Notes: generated from the letters alone by a model not told the origin. Shown: positions 30,567-40,041, counted from the stretch's first letter. The stretch: DNA of 64,000 bases from an uncultured Christensenellaceae bacterium (GCA_944383905.1 CALWRI010000001.1:23766-87765), one strand, 5' to 3'. Made by a program: numbers and translations.

Positions 30567-32462
30567 TTACATTTTAGGATATATTCGTTTTCGTCTCTCT
30601 CCTCCGTTGAGGTTATCCTCAAAAACGATCTGCATGGCGTCGAGCTCTCCCTGAACAACTCCTATCGACGGCAATGTGAAACGGTATCTGCGGGAGCGGT
30701 CCGAAGGATTTCTCAACATCAGGATATACTTGTCTCCGTTGCAAGCGAAGTAGCCGTAAACTTCTCCTCTTTCCGGTCTGCCGCCGAAGAAACGCGATCT
30801 CCCGAGAACGTCCGCATTCCTCTTTGCGAAACCGAGTTCTCTTTCCGCTGCCCGCCACTTTTCGTCCGTCATCATTTCGGGCGAAAAATACAGCTCCGCG
30901 AGACCGCTGCCGCGCATCATACAGCATTTCATATACAGAGAAAATTCTTCGTCCGTGTAGGTTATAGGCTTGTTTGCCTTCCTTGCGCTTTCGCTTGCAA
31001 AGTTTCTGGCGGCATAAGTGGGCTCGTGATTGTAAAGATGCGAAGCGGGAAACTGATACTGCCTTTTGACAAACAGATCGCGATATCTGCCGTCTCTGTA
31101 ATTCAGACATCTTTGCATATCTCCGCCCTTCCCCGCAAAGCCCATATCCGAAGCGTTGTTCATCCAGACGTAATCCGCCTGAATGAGAAACCACGGCGAG
31201 CAGTGGGCGTAAGAAGTCACGTTGAGGCAGACGTCGGGTCTGACTTTTCTGATCTTCGCAAAGCCTTGCATCCAATTTTTCCACAGCCTCGTATAAAACG
31301 CGAGCGCGTCTCCTTTCGCAGGCGCGTGTCCGTGGTCCTTTCCTCTGCAAGGCGCGTAGGCAAACCCGTCTATCTTGAAATAATCCACGTCGTACAGCGT
31401 GCAGAACCGTGCCATTCTCGAACAGAGCGCATCGATATAGCGCGGATCCGCCGTGCAGACGTCCCTCGACCTTTCGTTGACGTGATAACCGATGCCCGCG
31501 AGGAGTTTCGCGTATTCGTAAGTCTGCCTCGTATATCCTCCGCGAGGTCCGAACCATACCCCGAACTTTGAGCCGAGGCTTTTCGCGAGAGCGGATTCAT
31601 GCGAAAACCCTCCCGCGAATTTGTCGTTGAATTCCCAGAAAAGAGGCTTGTGGTATTCGGTCCAGCCGTCGTCCACGACGTAACAGTCGAGAGGAGGCAG
31701 TCCCGCCTTTTCCGCCCCCTGCGCGATCAGCGAAAACGATTTTTCTATCCTTTCGCGGGAAATGTCCAGCTTGTTGTCGTACCAGCTGTTGTACTGCACC
31801 CTGAACTTCGGTTTTCTCACGACTTTGAAAAGGTAGGTGAAAAAGCTCTCCCTGACGCTTTCGTAATCCGCCGCCGCGGCGGAGCCGACGATCGCGTCGG
31901 GAAGTGAAAGAGTGCACACTCCGTCTTCGCACGCGTCCGGTTCCCCGTCGTTGTGATACGTCAGACAGACTACTCCTCTCGCCGCGCCGTTGTCGCCCAC
32001 GGGACTCTCCAACCCGAAAAACATATCCGAAAGATAAACGGGCTGCCCGAGACGAGCGACCTTTGCGGGAACAAACGTGCGTCCGGCAAGCGGAGCCGAC
32101 CAGCAAAAAACGCCCTTGTCCGCGACCTCTTTTTCAACGCACACGTCAAGAACCGAGATGCCGACGGGATAACGAAGCGTGAGCTTCTTGCGCAATACTC
32201 CGTCTTTGTCCGAATAGCTCTCTGCGACTTCGAATTCTCCCAGCGTGAACGAGACACCGTCCGACGTCGCCCGCGCCTTGAAATCCGCGGCGCGGAGTTT
32301 TCGCACAAAACCGTTTCCTTGCGTATATACGAAGGAAAACTCTTCTTTCACTTTCACGGTTTTTCCCGTGATCGCGTTGACGTACCTCGCCGCGACGAAC
32401 CTGCCGTCTTCTATCCCGATCTCTTTTGCGACGCTCCCGCTTTCAAACCGCAGTTTTTCCAT
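30567..32462 (-). CDS. Glycoside hydrolase, clan GH-D-like (alpha-galactosidase/GH36-related)
   Basis: CYVVDDGW and YFKIDG motifs resemble the DDGW and K-x-D nucleophile motifs of GH27/GH36. Family assignment not verified. Confidence 0.5.
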   Translation of the reverse strand: MEKLRFESGSVAKEIGIEDGRFVAARYVNAITGKTVKVKEEFSFVYTQGNGFVRKLRAADFKARATSDGVSFTLGEFEVAESYSDKDGVLRKKLTLRYPVGISVLDVCVEKEVADKGVFCWSAPLAGRTFVPAKVARLGQPVYLSDMFFGLESPVGDNGAARGVVCLTYHNDGEPDACEDGVCTLSLPDAIVGSAAAADYESVRESFFTYLFKVVRKPKFRVQYNSWYDNKLDISRERIEKSFSLIAQGAEKAGLPPLDCYVVDDGWTEYHKPLFWEFNDKFAGGFSHESALAKSLGSKFGVWFGPRGGYTRQTYEYAKLLAGIGYHVNERSRDVCTADPRYIDALCSRMARFCTLYDVDYFKIDGFAYAPCRGKDHGHAPAKGDALAFYTRLWKNWMQGFAKIRKVRPDVCLNVTSYAHCSPWFLIQADYVWMNNASDMGFAGKGGDMQRCLNYRDGRYRDLFVKRQYQFPASHLYNHEPTYAARNFASESARKANKPITYTDEEFSLYMKCCMMRGSGLAELYFSPEMMTDEKWRAAERELGFAKRNADVLGRSRFFGGRPERGEVYGYFACNGDKYILMLRNPSDRSRRYRFTLPSIGVVQGELDAMQIVFEDNLNGGERRKRIYPKM

Positions 32463-32536
32463 ACCGCCTCTCCGCTTTTTATTTTATTGTAATACCTTCT
32501 TCGAAAAAAAGCCATAGATAATATCTTCCTGTGCGT

Positions 32537-32566
32537 ATAAAAAATGAAACGCCCCGAAGGGCGTCT
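32537..32566 (-). terminator. Intrinsic terminator ending the 7-gene ABC/ECF operon
   Basis: Minus strand: ACGCCC-uucg-GGGCGU followed by UUCAUUUUUUAU. Confidence 0.8.
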
Positions 32567-32581
32567 GTCCGAAGATCCGCG

Positions 32582-33997
32582 TCAATCGAATTTGCCGAAG
32601 AATTCGCGGGCAACCTCTTTGCCTCCCTGCTTTGCGATCCTGCCGTCCGCGACGACAACCGCCCTGTCGCACAAAGCGTCGGCGCAACGGACGTCGTGTG
32701 TCACCGTGATCACGGTGTTGCCCGTAACGGAGTGAAGTCTGTTTACGAGCCCGACAAGCCTTTCGAGATTTTCGTAGTCCTGCCCCACCGTCGGCTCGTC
32801 GAGTATGAGCACTTTTGGCGCAGTCGCGCATACGGCGGCAACGGTGACGAGTCTTTTTTGTCCTTCCGACAACGATTGAGGATGCCTGCCTGCAATTTTT
32901 TCAAGCCCGAAAAGCCGCATCACGGAACGGGCAAATACTTTGTCTTTCGCGCCGAAAAGTATCTCCTTTTCCACGGTAGGCATAAACAGTTGATAATTGG
33001 GATTCTGATATACGATCCCGACGCTCTCGAACCACCTCTTGCCGGCGCGTCTGCCGACCTTTGCGTCGATCCGTTGTTCCACGCTACCCGAAGTCGGCTT
33101 GTTCAGTCTCGCAAGCGTCCTGACGAGAGTAGTCTTTCCGCAACCGTTTTCCCCGAGCACGAGCAGTCTTTCTCCCTTGCGCACGTCGAGGTCGACTCCC
33201 GAAAGTATTTTCCTTCCCTCTGCCGAGAAGCTCACGTCCCGCATTTTGAGCAGGATTTCGTCGGAAAGGACGGGGGTACAGACGTCGGGTATGATTTTCG
33301 CGCGGTTTTTCGCGTACTCCTCCTTGTCCTCTATCTTTTGGATCCTTCCGCGGTGCATATGCCATATACTGTCGGCATAGCGCGCCACTTTGTCGACCCT
33401 GTGCTCTATGATCAGAACGGCATATCCTTCGGATTTCAGTTTCTTGAGTGCGATTGCAAGAAGTTCGGCGCCCTCTCCGTCGAGATTGGCGAGCGGTTCG
33501 TCGAGTATGATAATCTTTTGTCCCATCGCGAGTGTACACGCCGTGACAAGTCTTTGTTTCTGCCCTCCCGAGAGCGTACGCGTATGCCACTTGCCGCCGA
33601 GACTCATCCTTTCGCACGCCGTCTCTATGCTGCGCTTTATCCTCTCTCTCGTCATGCCGAGGTTTTCACAGCCGAACGCGATCTCGTCCTCTACCGTATC
33701 CTGAATTATCTGCGCGTCGGCGTTCTGCAGAACGACGCCCGCTTGGCGACATATTTCAGACATGGTCATTTTGCTTGCGTCCTCGCCGGCGACGTATACC
33801 TTGCCGGAGATCTCACCCGCGACGACGTGCGGGATTATGCCGCACACAACGGACATCAACGTGCTCTTTCCCGAACCGGAGCTGCCCGAAAGCAAAGCGA
33901 TCTCTCCGAAGCCGAGCTCGAAATCCACTCCGTCGAGAGCAAGCTCGTCGCTTGCGTCGTACTTGAAACAAAGATTTTGCGTCTTTACAGCATACAT
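32582..33997 (-). CDS. ECF-type transporter ATPase, fused double NBD (EcfA1-EcfA2/CbiO-like)
   Basis: Two Walker A sites (GSSGSGKST, GENGCGKTT), two signature motifs (LSGGQKQR, LSEGQKRL), two Walker B sites. Confidence 0.88.
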   Translation of the reverse strand: MYAVKTQNLCFKYDASDELALDGVDFELGFGEIALLSGSSGSGKSTLMSVVCGIIPHVVAGEISGKVYVAGEDASKMTMSEICRQAGVVLQNADAQIIQDTVEDEIAFGCENLGMTRERIKRSIETACERMSLGGKWHTRTLSGGQKQRLVTACTLAMGQKIIILDEPLANLDGEGAELLAIALKKLKSEGYAVLIIEHRVDKVARYADSIWHMHRGRIQKIEDKEEYAKNRAKIIPDVCTPVLSDEILLKMRDVSFSAEGRKILSGVDLDVRKGERLLVLGENGCGKTTLVRTLARLNKPTSGSVEQRIDAKVGRRAGKRWFESVGIVYQNPNYQLFMPTVEKEILFGAKDKVFARSVMRLFGLEKIAGRHPQSLSEGQKRLVTVAAVCATAPKVLILDEPTVGQDYENLERLVGLVNRLHSVTGNTVITVTHDVRCADALCDRAVVVADGRIAKQGGKEVAREFFGKFD

Positions 33998-34668
33998 ACA
34001 ACCACCGCCGTCACCGATCCCGCCGCGAGAAGAAGCGCGAACGCGGCGTCTCTCAAACGGAATTTTATTTCTTTGTATACGGTATAATTTTTATCGCTCG
34101 CGTCAAACCCCCTCGTCTCAACGCTCAACGCGAGAGTGTCGGAGATGTTGACGAGCCTTACCACGAGAGGGACGAGAAACGCCCTGTGAAAGATCCTCGG
34201 ATCCAACGCGTTGCCCGCTCCTCGCGTTCTCATCGCCTCGCGCACCCTTGCAGTCTCTTTTTTGAGCAAAGGAAAAAATCCCAGAGCTATCATCATGCCG
34301 AGAGTGATCATTCTCGGAGCGCGTAATCCCGAAAGATTCCTGACCGCCAGCACGGGCTCGAGCGCAAGCCCGGGTATGACCGCGACCGAGACTGCAAGTA
34401 TCCTGTTCGCCGCCGCGAAAGTCGCAGCGGTGTCATTCGAAAGCGCATAGGTCACACCGCAGAACAAAGCGCTCATTATCGCCGCAAAAGGTATCACGGC
34501 AAGACAGCAGCGCCAATATCCGAACACGAGAAGAAGAAGCCAGACTCCTGCGACGTACGCGGCAGACACGACCGTCTTTGCCGTCACGAGCCCCGTGACG
34601 AGCACGATCACGCTCGCTATTATGCTCAAAAGCGGATAGACCGGATTTTTAGCCTTGACTGAAGTCAT
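33985..34668 (-). CDS. ECF transporter transmembrane (T) component, EcfT/CbiQ family
   Basis: Multi-TM with REAMRTRG and SVETRGF coupling-helix motifs. Start set at the ATG at 34668 (the upstream extension is Arg-rich out-of-context sequence). Confidence 0.8.
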   Translation of the reverse strand: MTSVKAKNPVYPLLSIIASVIVLVTGLVTAKTVVSAAYVAGVWLLLLVFGYWRCCLAVIPFAAIMSALFCGVTYALSNDTAATFAAANRILAVSVAVIPGLALEPVLAVRNLSGLRAPRMITLGMMIALGFFPLLKKETARVREAMRTRGAGNALDPRIFHRAFLVPLVVRLVNISDTLALSVETRGFDASDKNYTVYKEIKFRLRDAAFALLLAAGSVTAVVVCML

Positions 34669-35378
34669 TTTTTGAGCACCCCCGCTTTTTTGAGTTCTTT
34701 GGCGATTTTCAGCCCGACGAGCGTCCCGACCACGGCGACCGCACAGACCGCCGCAGTCATTCCTACCGCCGCCCACGGCGCGTTTTCCGCAACCGCCGTC
34801 ATTCCCACGTCGTTGATTATCTTGTTATAAACGTAATTGAAAGGAAGCGAGAGCGGATTGTACAATGCGACCGCAAAGAATACCGCTTTGTCCGACTTGT
34901 AGCCTCTGAATATGACCAGCACCAGAACTTCGAGTAAAAGCCCGACTATAAGGTTGTTGATAAACATTGCGGGAGACATAAACAGTTGTATCACACCCGT
35001 AAAAAGCGCAACGAGCAACATACAGCCCGCCTTTCTGACCTTTGCCACGGCAATGGCAGGAAACACGGCAAGCTGCAATCCCGTAACGAGTTGAGCTATG
35101 CCGAACACTGTCGTGAGGAGCGGCACGACAAGCATCATGACCGAACAAGTCAGCAGCGTGATCGCGGACATGACCGCGAGAAAAACGACGTCCTTTATCT
35201 TGTACGCCTCGAATATCCCGCGTTTCTTACAGACGGCGGACTCCTCTTTTTCATACGCGTCGTCAGTCTTTGTCAAAGCAGCGTCGTCTCCGATTTTTTT
35301 CCTGCCCGTGTCCGTCATCTCGCTTTTATCTTCTCCGTAATGTTCCCCGAGAAACTCTTTCTTTTCTTCTTCGGTCAT
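34665..35378 (-). CDS. Putative ECF S component (MptD/Trep_Strep-like hydrophobic protein) with acidic N-terminal extension
   Basis: About 185-aa, 6-TM hydrophobic core ending in the basic tail KIAKELKKAGVLKK. ATGA overlap with the upstream ABC gene. RBS GGAGGTG. Sits directly upstream of ecfT and ecfA. Confidence 0.55.
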   Translation of the reverse strand: MTEEEKKEFLGEHYGEDKSEMTDTGRKKIGDDAALTKTDDAYEKEESAVCKKRGIFEAYKIKDVVFLAVMSAITLLTCSVMMLVVPLLTTVFGIAQLVTGLQLAVFPAIAVAKVRKAGCMLLVALFTGVIQLFMSPAMFINNLIVGLLLEVLVLVIFRGYKSDKAVFFAVALYNPLSLPFNYVYNKIINDVGMTAVAENAPWAAVGMTAAVCAVAVVGTLVGLKIAKELKKAGVLKK

Positions 35379-37063
35379 CTTTTCACCTCCGTTATTCTGC
35401 CTTTTTCTATCCTGTACACTCTGTCGGCGACAGCCATCGTGGACTCTCTGTGCGAAACGAGAATTATCGCCTTGTCCTTTTTCTGTTCCGCAAGCGACTT
35501 GAGGATAATGCCTTCGTTTATGCTGTCCACGTTGCTCGTAGGCTCGTCGAGGAGTATAAGCCCGCTGCCGCGCAGAAATGCTCTCGCAAGCCCGATCCTC
35601 TGTTTTTCTCCTGCGCTCAGATTGTCTCCGAGAGCGCCCGCCTTCGTCTTGTAACCGTCCGGCGTATCGACTATGAAATCGTGGACGGAAGCCTGCCTGC
35701 AAGCCTTGACGATCTCCTCCTCGGTCGCGTCCTCTTTTGCTATTTTCAGATTTTCCTCTATCGTCTCGTCAAAAAGGTATGTGGTCTGACTGACCATCGT
35801 CACGTTGCCAAGAAGACTGTCCGAATTTATCTCGTCGATGTCTTTGCCCGAATACAGTATCTTTCCGCCGTCCTTGCTCCAGAACCTCATAAGAAGTTTG
35901 AGAAGCGTGGATTTTCCGCAGCCGCTTTCCCCGACTATACCGACGATCTCCCCTCGTTTTGCCGTCATGCAGATGTCTTCGAGGACTTTATTCCCGTCCT
36001 CGTAACCGAAAGACAGATCCTCGACCCGCAGATCGTCGAAGTTGAAATCGACTCCGTTTTCCACTCTTTCCACGACGGGTTTTTCTTTGAGCAACGCGAG
36101 CACTCTGTCGCCGCTCGCAAAAGTCTGCGTAAGGTTTCCGGGAAGCGCGGAGATGGCTATCACGGGACCGAAGCTGCCGAATATCGCGACGACGCCTATC
36201 ACCGCCTTGCCTATCGTGATCTCTCCCGCCGCCGTAAGCGCGATCGCGACCGCCGTCGCAACAAGCGTCATAAGCGAAACGGTAAACTCGGTCGTCGCCG
36301 TCGCTCCCGCGATCTTGTTTTTGAGGTCGCGCGTATAGAGAAGCAGCTCGTCCGATCTTTCGTTGACCTCTTTTCTCCTCGCGTCGCCGGCGTTGTTGAG
36401 AACTATATCCTTTATTCCTTTTATGCTGTCGAGAAAATAAGCATTGAACGCCGCGAAACACCCGCGGTACCTGACGCCGCTGTCCTTCATCACAGAAGAA
36501 GACAGAAGCGGAGCCACGATACCCACCGCAACAAAGCCTGCGAGCGCGACGAGCGAAAGATACCAGCTTGACGTCAATCCGACGAAGACGAACACCGCCG
36601 TCGAAACCGTCAACGCAATACACACGGGCGAAACCGTATGCGCATAAAATACCTCGAGCGTCTCGATATCCGACGTAAGCATTGCGATTATACTGCCCTT
36701 CTTCTTGCCTTCGAGTTTCGCGGGACACAGTCTGCGAAGCGCGGAGAATATCTTGTCGCGCAAAACCGCGAGAAGTCTGAAAGCTATATAATGATTGCAA
36801 TACTGCTCGACGAAACGCAACGCGCCGCGCAGCACTCCGAGACCTATCGCAAGTCCCGCGATCCAGCCGTAAGACAGCGCGATCTGCTCTCCGAGCGCCT
36901 TCGCCACTCCTGCCGCGCCGAGCACCGTGACCCCCATAGAGCAGACGAACCCGAGACTGCCGTTTATCACCGCAAACGCCATGACATACGCAAGCGAGCC
37001 GAGCAACAGTATCAGACTCGCCATTATTTTGCCGCCGCTCATTCTGCTTTTGACTCTTTTCAT
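35375..37063 (-). CDS. ABC exporter, fused permease/ATPase (CydC-like half of a heterodimer)
   Basis: N-terminal 6-TM domain. Walker A GESGCGKST, signature LSAGEKQR, Walker B LILLDEPTS. Confidence 0.85.
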   Translation of the reverse strand: MKRVKSRMSGGKIMASLILLLGSLAYVMAFAVINGSLGFVCSMGVTVLGAAGVAKALGEQIALSYGWIAGLAIGLGVLRGALRFVEQYCNHYIAFRLLAVLRDKIFSALRRLCPAKLEGKKKGSIIAMLTSDIETLEVFYAHTVSPVCIALTVSTAVFVFVGLTSSWYLSLVALAGFVAVGIVAPLLSSSVMKDSGVRYRGCFAAFNAYFLDSIKGIKDIVLNNAGDARRKEVNERSDELLLYTRDLKNKIAGATATTEFTVSLMTLVATAVAIALTAAGEITIGKAVIGVVAIFGSFGPVIAISALPGNLTQTFASGDRVLALLKEKPVVERVENGVDFNFDDLRVEDLSFGYEDGNKVLEDICMTAKRGEIVGIVGESGCGKSTLLKLLMRFWSKDGGKILYSGKDIDEINSDSLLGNVTMVSQTTYLFDETIEENLKIAKEDATEEEIVKACRQASVHDFIVDTPDGYKTKAGALGDNLSAGEKQRIGLARAFLRGSGLILLDEPTSNVDSINEGIILKSLAEQKKDKAIILVSHRESTMAVADRVYRIEKGRITEVKR

Positions 37064-38796
37064 CTTGCGCCTCCTTCGGCGTATTCGAGATAGCCGCGTT
37101 CGAGACTTTTCTGCGTTTTGTAAAGCGCTGCATACTCTCCGTCTTTAGCGCAAAGTTCTCCGTGGTCGCCGCATTCCGCCACTCTGCCGTCTTTGAGATA
37201 ATATATCCTGTCCGCTCCCGTCACGTTTTCCAACCTGTGAGAGATGACGACGACTATCGCCCTTTCCGAAAGAGCGCGGACGTTTTGCATTATTATCGCT
37301 TCGCTGTCCGCATCGATATTCGATGTCGCCTCGTCAAAGACGTAAATATCTTTGTCCGCAACGAGATTCACCGCCAGAGCAAGCCTCTGCTTCTGACCGC
37401 CGGATATGTTGCCGGCGTCTTCGGTGACTATCTTGTCGAGTCCTCCGTTTTCAAGGATAAAGCGTTTGAGATTGACCTTTGCGAGAGCCTCGTATATCTC
37501 GTCGTCGGTAGCGTCTTTCTTTGCGAGAAGGAAATTGTCCCTGACGCTTTCGTTGAATATGTATGTGTTGTAACTCACCACCGCGAGGCGGGAATAATAA
37601 CTCTCTCTGCTAAACGACGAAAAATCCTTTTCTCCGACGGTAACTCTGCCCTTCTTGGGACGAAGCGCGCCCGTTACGAGACCGACAACGGTCGACTTTC
37701 CGCTCCCGCTCTCCCCGACTATCGCCGTAATTCCTTTGCCGAAAGTCATGTTCACGTCTTTGAGCACGTCCCTGTTGCCGTCGTATGAAAAGTATACGCC
37801 TGCAAGCCTCACATCGCCCTCTCCGACCTCGCCTTCCCCCCATTCGGGAGGCTTTGCGTCGAGAAGCGCTTTGATTTTTTTGCCCGCGCTCGCTCCGTTC
37901 ATCGCAACGTGGAACGCGCTGCCGAGAGCCCTCAACGGGAGGAAAAACTCAACCGCAACCAGCACGAGGAAAAGCGCTTCAAAAGGAGACATCCTCCCCT
38001 GTACCGTTCCCGTGACCGCAAGCGCTATGCCTGCACCCGCCCCTCCGAAAGCAACGAGGTCCATTATCGTCGTGCTCGCAAGCTGCATCACGAGCACTTT
38101 CATCGTGATTTTGCGGAATTCTTCCGCTTTTGCGTTCATTCTGTCGTGATAGCGGGCGTCCGCTCTGAATATCTTGAGCTCTTTGAGTCCCTGCACGCTG
38201 TCGAGAAATCCGTCTCCCATCGACGTATACTTGCTCCAATATTTTGCAAATATCCTCTTTGCGTACTTGCTGACCGCAACTATCGAAAGAGGTATCAGCG
38301 GAACGCAGGCGAGAAGCGCGAGCGATGTCTTCACATCGACGAACGCACCGATGACGAACAGTATCACGGGCGCAATCAGAGAAAAGAAAAACTGCGGGAG
38401 ATAGGTCGAATAGTAAAGATCGAGCTGTTCGATCCCTTCCATGCTCACCTGCGTAAGCCCTGCCATGCTCATCTCCTCGGTCGTGCGCACTCCCAACTCG
38501 ACGATCTTGTCGTAAGTGCGTTGCCTCAACTGCTTTTTCACCCTTGCTCCCAAGCTCGCCTTTATCCTGCTCGCCGCTATGCCCGCGGGCACGCGCAACG
38601 CGACTCCTGCAACGGCGAGAATGCCGGGGAGAACGTATCCTTTCGCTTCCGCGCCGCTTGCGGCAAGCGATAACAGCACGCATACGCATGCCGTTATGCC
38701 GACATTGAGAAGCATTGCGACAACCGTTATCGCAACTGCCGCCGCAACGTATTTCCCGCTTCCCTTTGCAAGTCTGAACAAATCTTTATCCAACAT
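37060..38796 (-). CDS. ABC exporter, fused permease/ATPase (CydD-like half of a heterodimer)
   Basis: N-terminal 6-TM domain. Walker A GESGSGKST, signature ISGGQKQR, Walker B IYVFDEATS. 4-nt overlap with its partner. Confidence 0.85.
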   Translation of the reverse strand: MLDKDLFRLAKGSGKYVAAAVAITVVAMLLNVGITACVCVLLSLAASGAEAKGYVLPGILAVAGVALRVPAGIAASRIKASLGARVKKQLRQRTYDKIVELGVRTTEEMSMAGLTQVSMEGIEQLDLYYSTYLPQFFFSLIAPVILFVIGAFVDVKTSLALLACVPLIPLSIVAVSKYAKRIFAKYWSKYTSMGDGFLDSVQGLKELKIFRADARYHDRMNAKAEEFRKITMKVLVMQLASTTIMDLVAFGGAGAGIALAVTGTVQGRMSPFEALFLVLVAVEFFLPLRALGSAFHVAMNGASAGKKIKALLDAKPPEWGEGEVGEGDVRLAGVYFSYDGNRDVLKDVNMTFGKGITAIVGESGSGKSTVVGLVTGALRPKKGRVTVGEKDFSSFSRESYYSRLAVVSYNTYIFNESVRDNFLLAKKDATDDEIYEALAKVNLKRFILENGGLDKIVTEDAGNISGGQKQRLALAVNLVADKDIYVFDEATSNIDADSEAIIMQNVRALSERAIVVVISHRLENVTGADRIYYLKDGRVAECGDHGELCAKDGEYAALYKTQKSLERGYLEYAEGGAR

Positions 38797-38818
38797 CTTA
38801 TCTGCCTTCTTCCTGCTG

Positions 38819-39310
38819 TCAGCCGACCAATCTGGCTTTTTGCAAGTCTGCCTTTACCGTAAATTCAACGGTCTTGTTCATCAACCTGACGACGCAACGC
38901 AAACCTACGCTTTGCCCGATCCCGTCGCGGGAGATCGCAAAAGTGTAACCCTGAAGATCTCCTTCGTCCGACTCCTTTCCTTTTACATATCCTTCTTCCT
39001 GTGCCATCTCGACGGACCCGAGCATCCCGTTTTTACATAAAAACGTAAACTCGTAATCATTTCCTTCTTTGCTTATCCTGACATAATCGGCACAATTTGC
39101 CCCGATCATGCTCTCTCCCATCGCGGACGTGCCGCCGATCTCGTAAGGAAGCTCGAAAACCCCGCTTTCCTGCGAATCCACGTCGTATATTTCGCCGAAA
39201 TATCTGCCGTATTCGTCCTGTCCCGTATATTCGGTCTTATCTTCGCCGCACGCGGTAAGCACCGCCGCGCAAACAATGACGGTCAATACTGCGATCAATA
39301 CTTTCTTCAT
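38819..39310 (-). CDS. Lipoprotein, unknown function (163 aa)
   Basis: Signal peptide with lipobox (MKKVLIAVLTVIVCAAVLTAC-GEDK). Strong RBS AGGAGG at the internal ATG at 39310. Confidence 0.75.
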   Translation of the reverse strand: MKKVLIAVLTVIVCAAVLTACGEDKTEYTGQDEYGRYFGEIYDVDSQESGVFELPYEIGGTSAMGESMIGANCADYVRISKEGNDYEFTFLCKNGMLGSVEMAQEEGYVKGKESDEGDLQGYTFAISRDGIGQSVGLRCVVRLMNKTVEFTVKADLQKARLVG

Positions 39311-39335
39311 TCCGCTTCCTCCTTTGAAACCGCAT

Positions 39336-39674
39336 TTATTTTCTTTTTCCGTTTGCTTTTGCTTCACGCCTTTTTAGCGCCATCGTCTCGAAGACGTGCG
39401 CCCATGCGACGCGAGGAGAATAAAACATCATTCTCGGACCCGAAAAGCGCATGACTTCCTTTATCCTTTCCTTCATTGCGGGCTTGTAACAATGTATCCT
39501 GCAATTGGAACAAAACGGTTTGTCGTCGCCGAAAGGACACTTCTTCCTCCTCTCTTCGACGTATCTGCAAAGTTCTTCGCAATCTTTGCAAAGCTCTCCC
39601 TTTTTCGAACCGTGCTTTTTGCGGCAATAAAGCCCGATCATAAGTTTTACCGTTTTCAGATCGTCCTTCTGCAT
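39336..39674 (-). CDS. Nitrous oxide-stimulated promoter (YgbA_NO) family Cys-rich protein
   Basis: Pattern LYCRKKHG...LCxxCxxL..Y...R...CPFG..KP.C..C.IHCYKP, typical of YgbA-like proteins. Confidence 0.7.
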   Translation of the reverse strand: MQKDDLKTVKLMIGLYCRKKHGSKKGELCKDCEELCRYVEERRKKCPFGDDKPFCSNCRIHCYKPAMKERIKEVMRFSGPRMMFYSPRVAWAHVFETMALKRREAKANGKRK

Positions 39675-39688
39675 ATTCCGCTCCTTTA

Positions 39689-39704
39689 GTTAGCAGCCGC
39701 TAAC
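39689..39704. promoter_or_regulatory. Perfect 16-bp palindrome GTTAGC-N4-GCTAAC, copy 1
   Basis: GTTAGCAGCCGCTAAC, 2 nt upstream of the SD sequence of the YgbA-like gene. Confidence 0.5.
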
Positions 39705-39825
39705 CGCATAGGATAAAATAACGCGCCTTTGAGGCGCAAGTCGCGGTGCGTATAGTCAACGAACGCCCGCTTTTGCCTTTTTCTTCGCAAATAATTGTAT
39801 CACACCGCTTATTGTTCTTCATTGT

Positions 39826-39841
39826 GTTAGCATAGGCTAAC
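39826..39841. promoter_or_regulatory. Perfect 16-bp palindrome GTTAGC-N4-GCTAAC, copy 2
   Basis: GTTAGCATAGGCTAAC, 137 bp from copy 1, about 27 bp upstream of a possible extended -10 box (TGATACAAT, minus strand, 39794..39802). Confidence 0.5.
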
Positions 39842-39984
39842 ATGTGTTTTTTTATTATTTCTTCTCATTAATCAATATTATGCGGCTGAATTCGCATTGT
39901 TTACCGCATATTTCTCTTGCGTCGCATAGATTTGTCCGTTTATTGAGTTACCTTGTGCTTATCGCAATTTGAGCAAAACGTATC

Positions 39985-40013
39985 TTGACCAGCACGCGCG
40001 TTTATCCTATAAT
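39985..40013 (+). promoter_or_regulatory. Sigma-A promoter of the oxidoreductase gene
   Basis: TTGACC (39985..39990), 17-nt spacer, TATAAT (40008..40013). Confidence 0.7.
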
Positions 40014-40041
40014 AAAAAAGAAGACGCAAGGAGGACAAATC

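Noticed and set aside
34669-35702. N-terminal extensions of the EcfT (36 codons) and S-component (108 codons) ORFs as given in the track
   Set aside because: The extensions overlap the preceding genes in other frames and are Arg/Gly-rich. Internal ATGs with good RBS or ATGA coupling give proteins of family-typical length.
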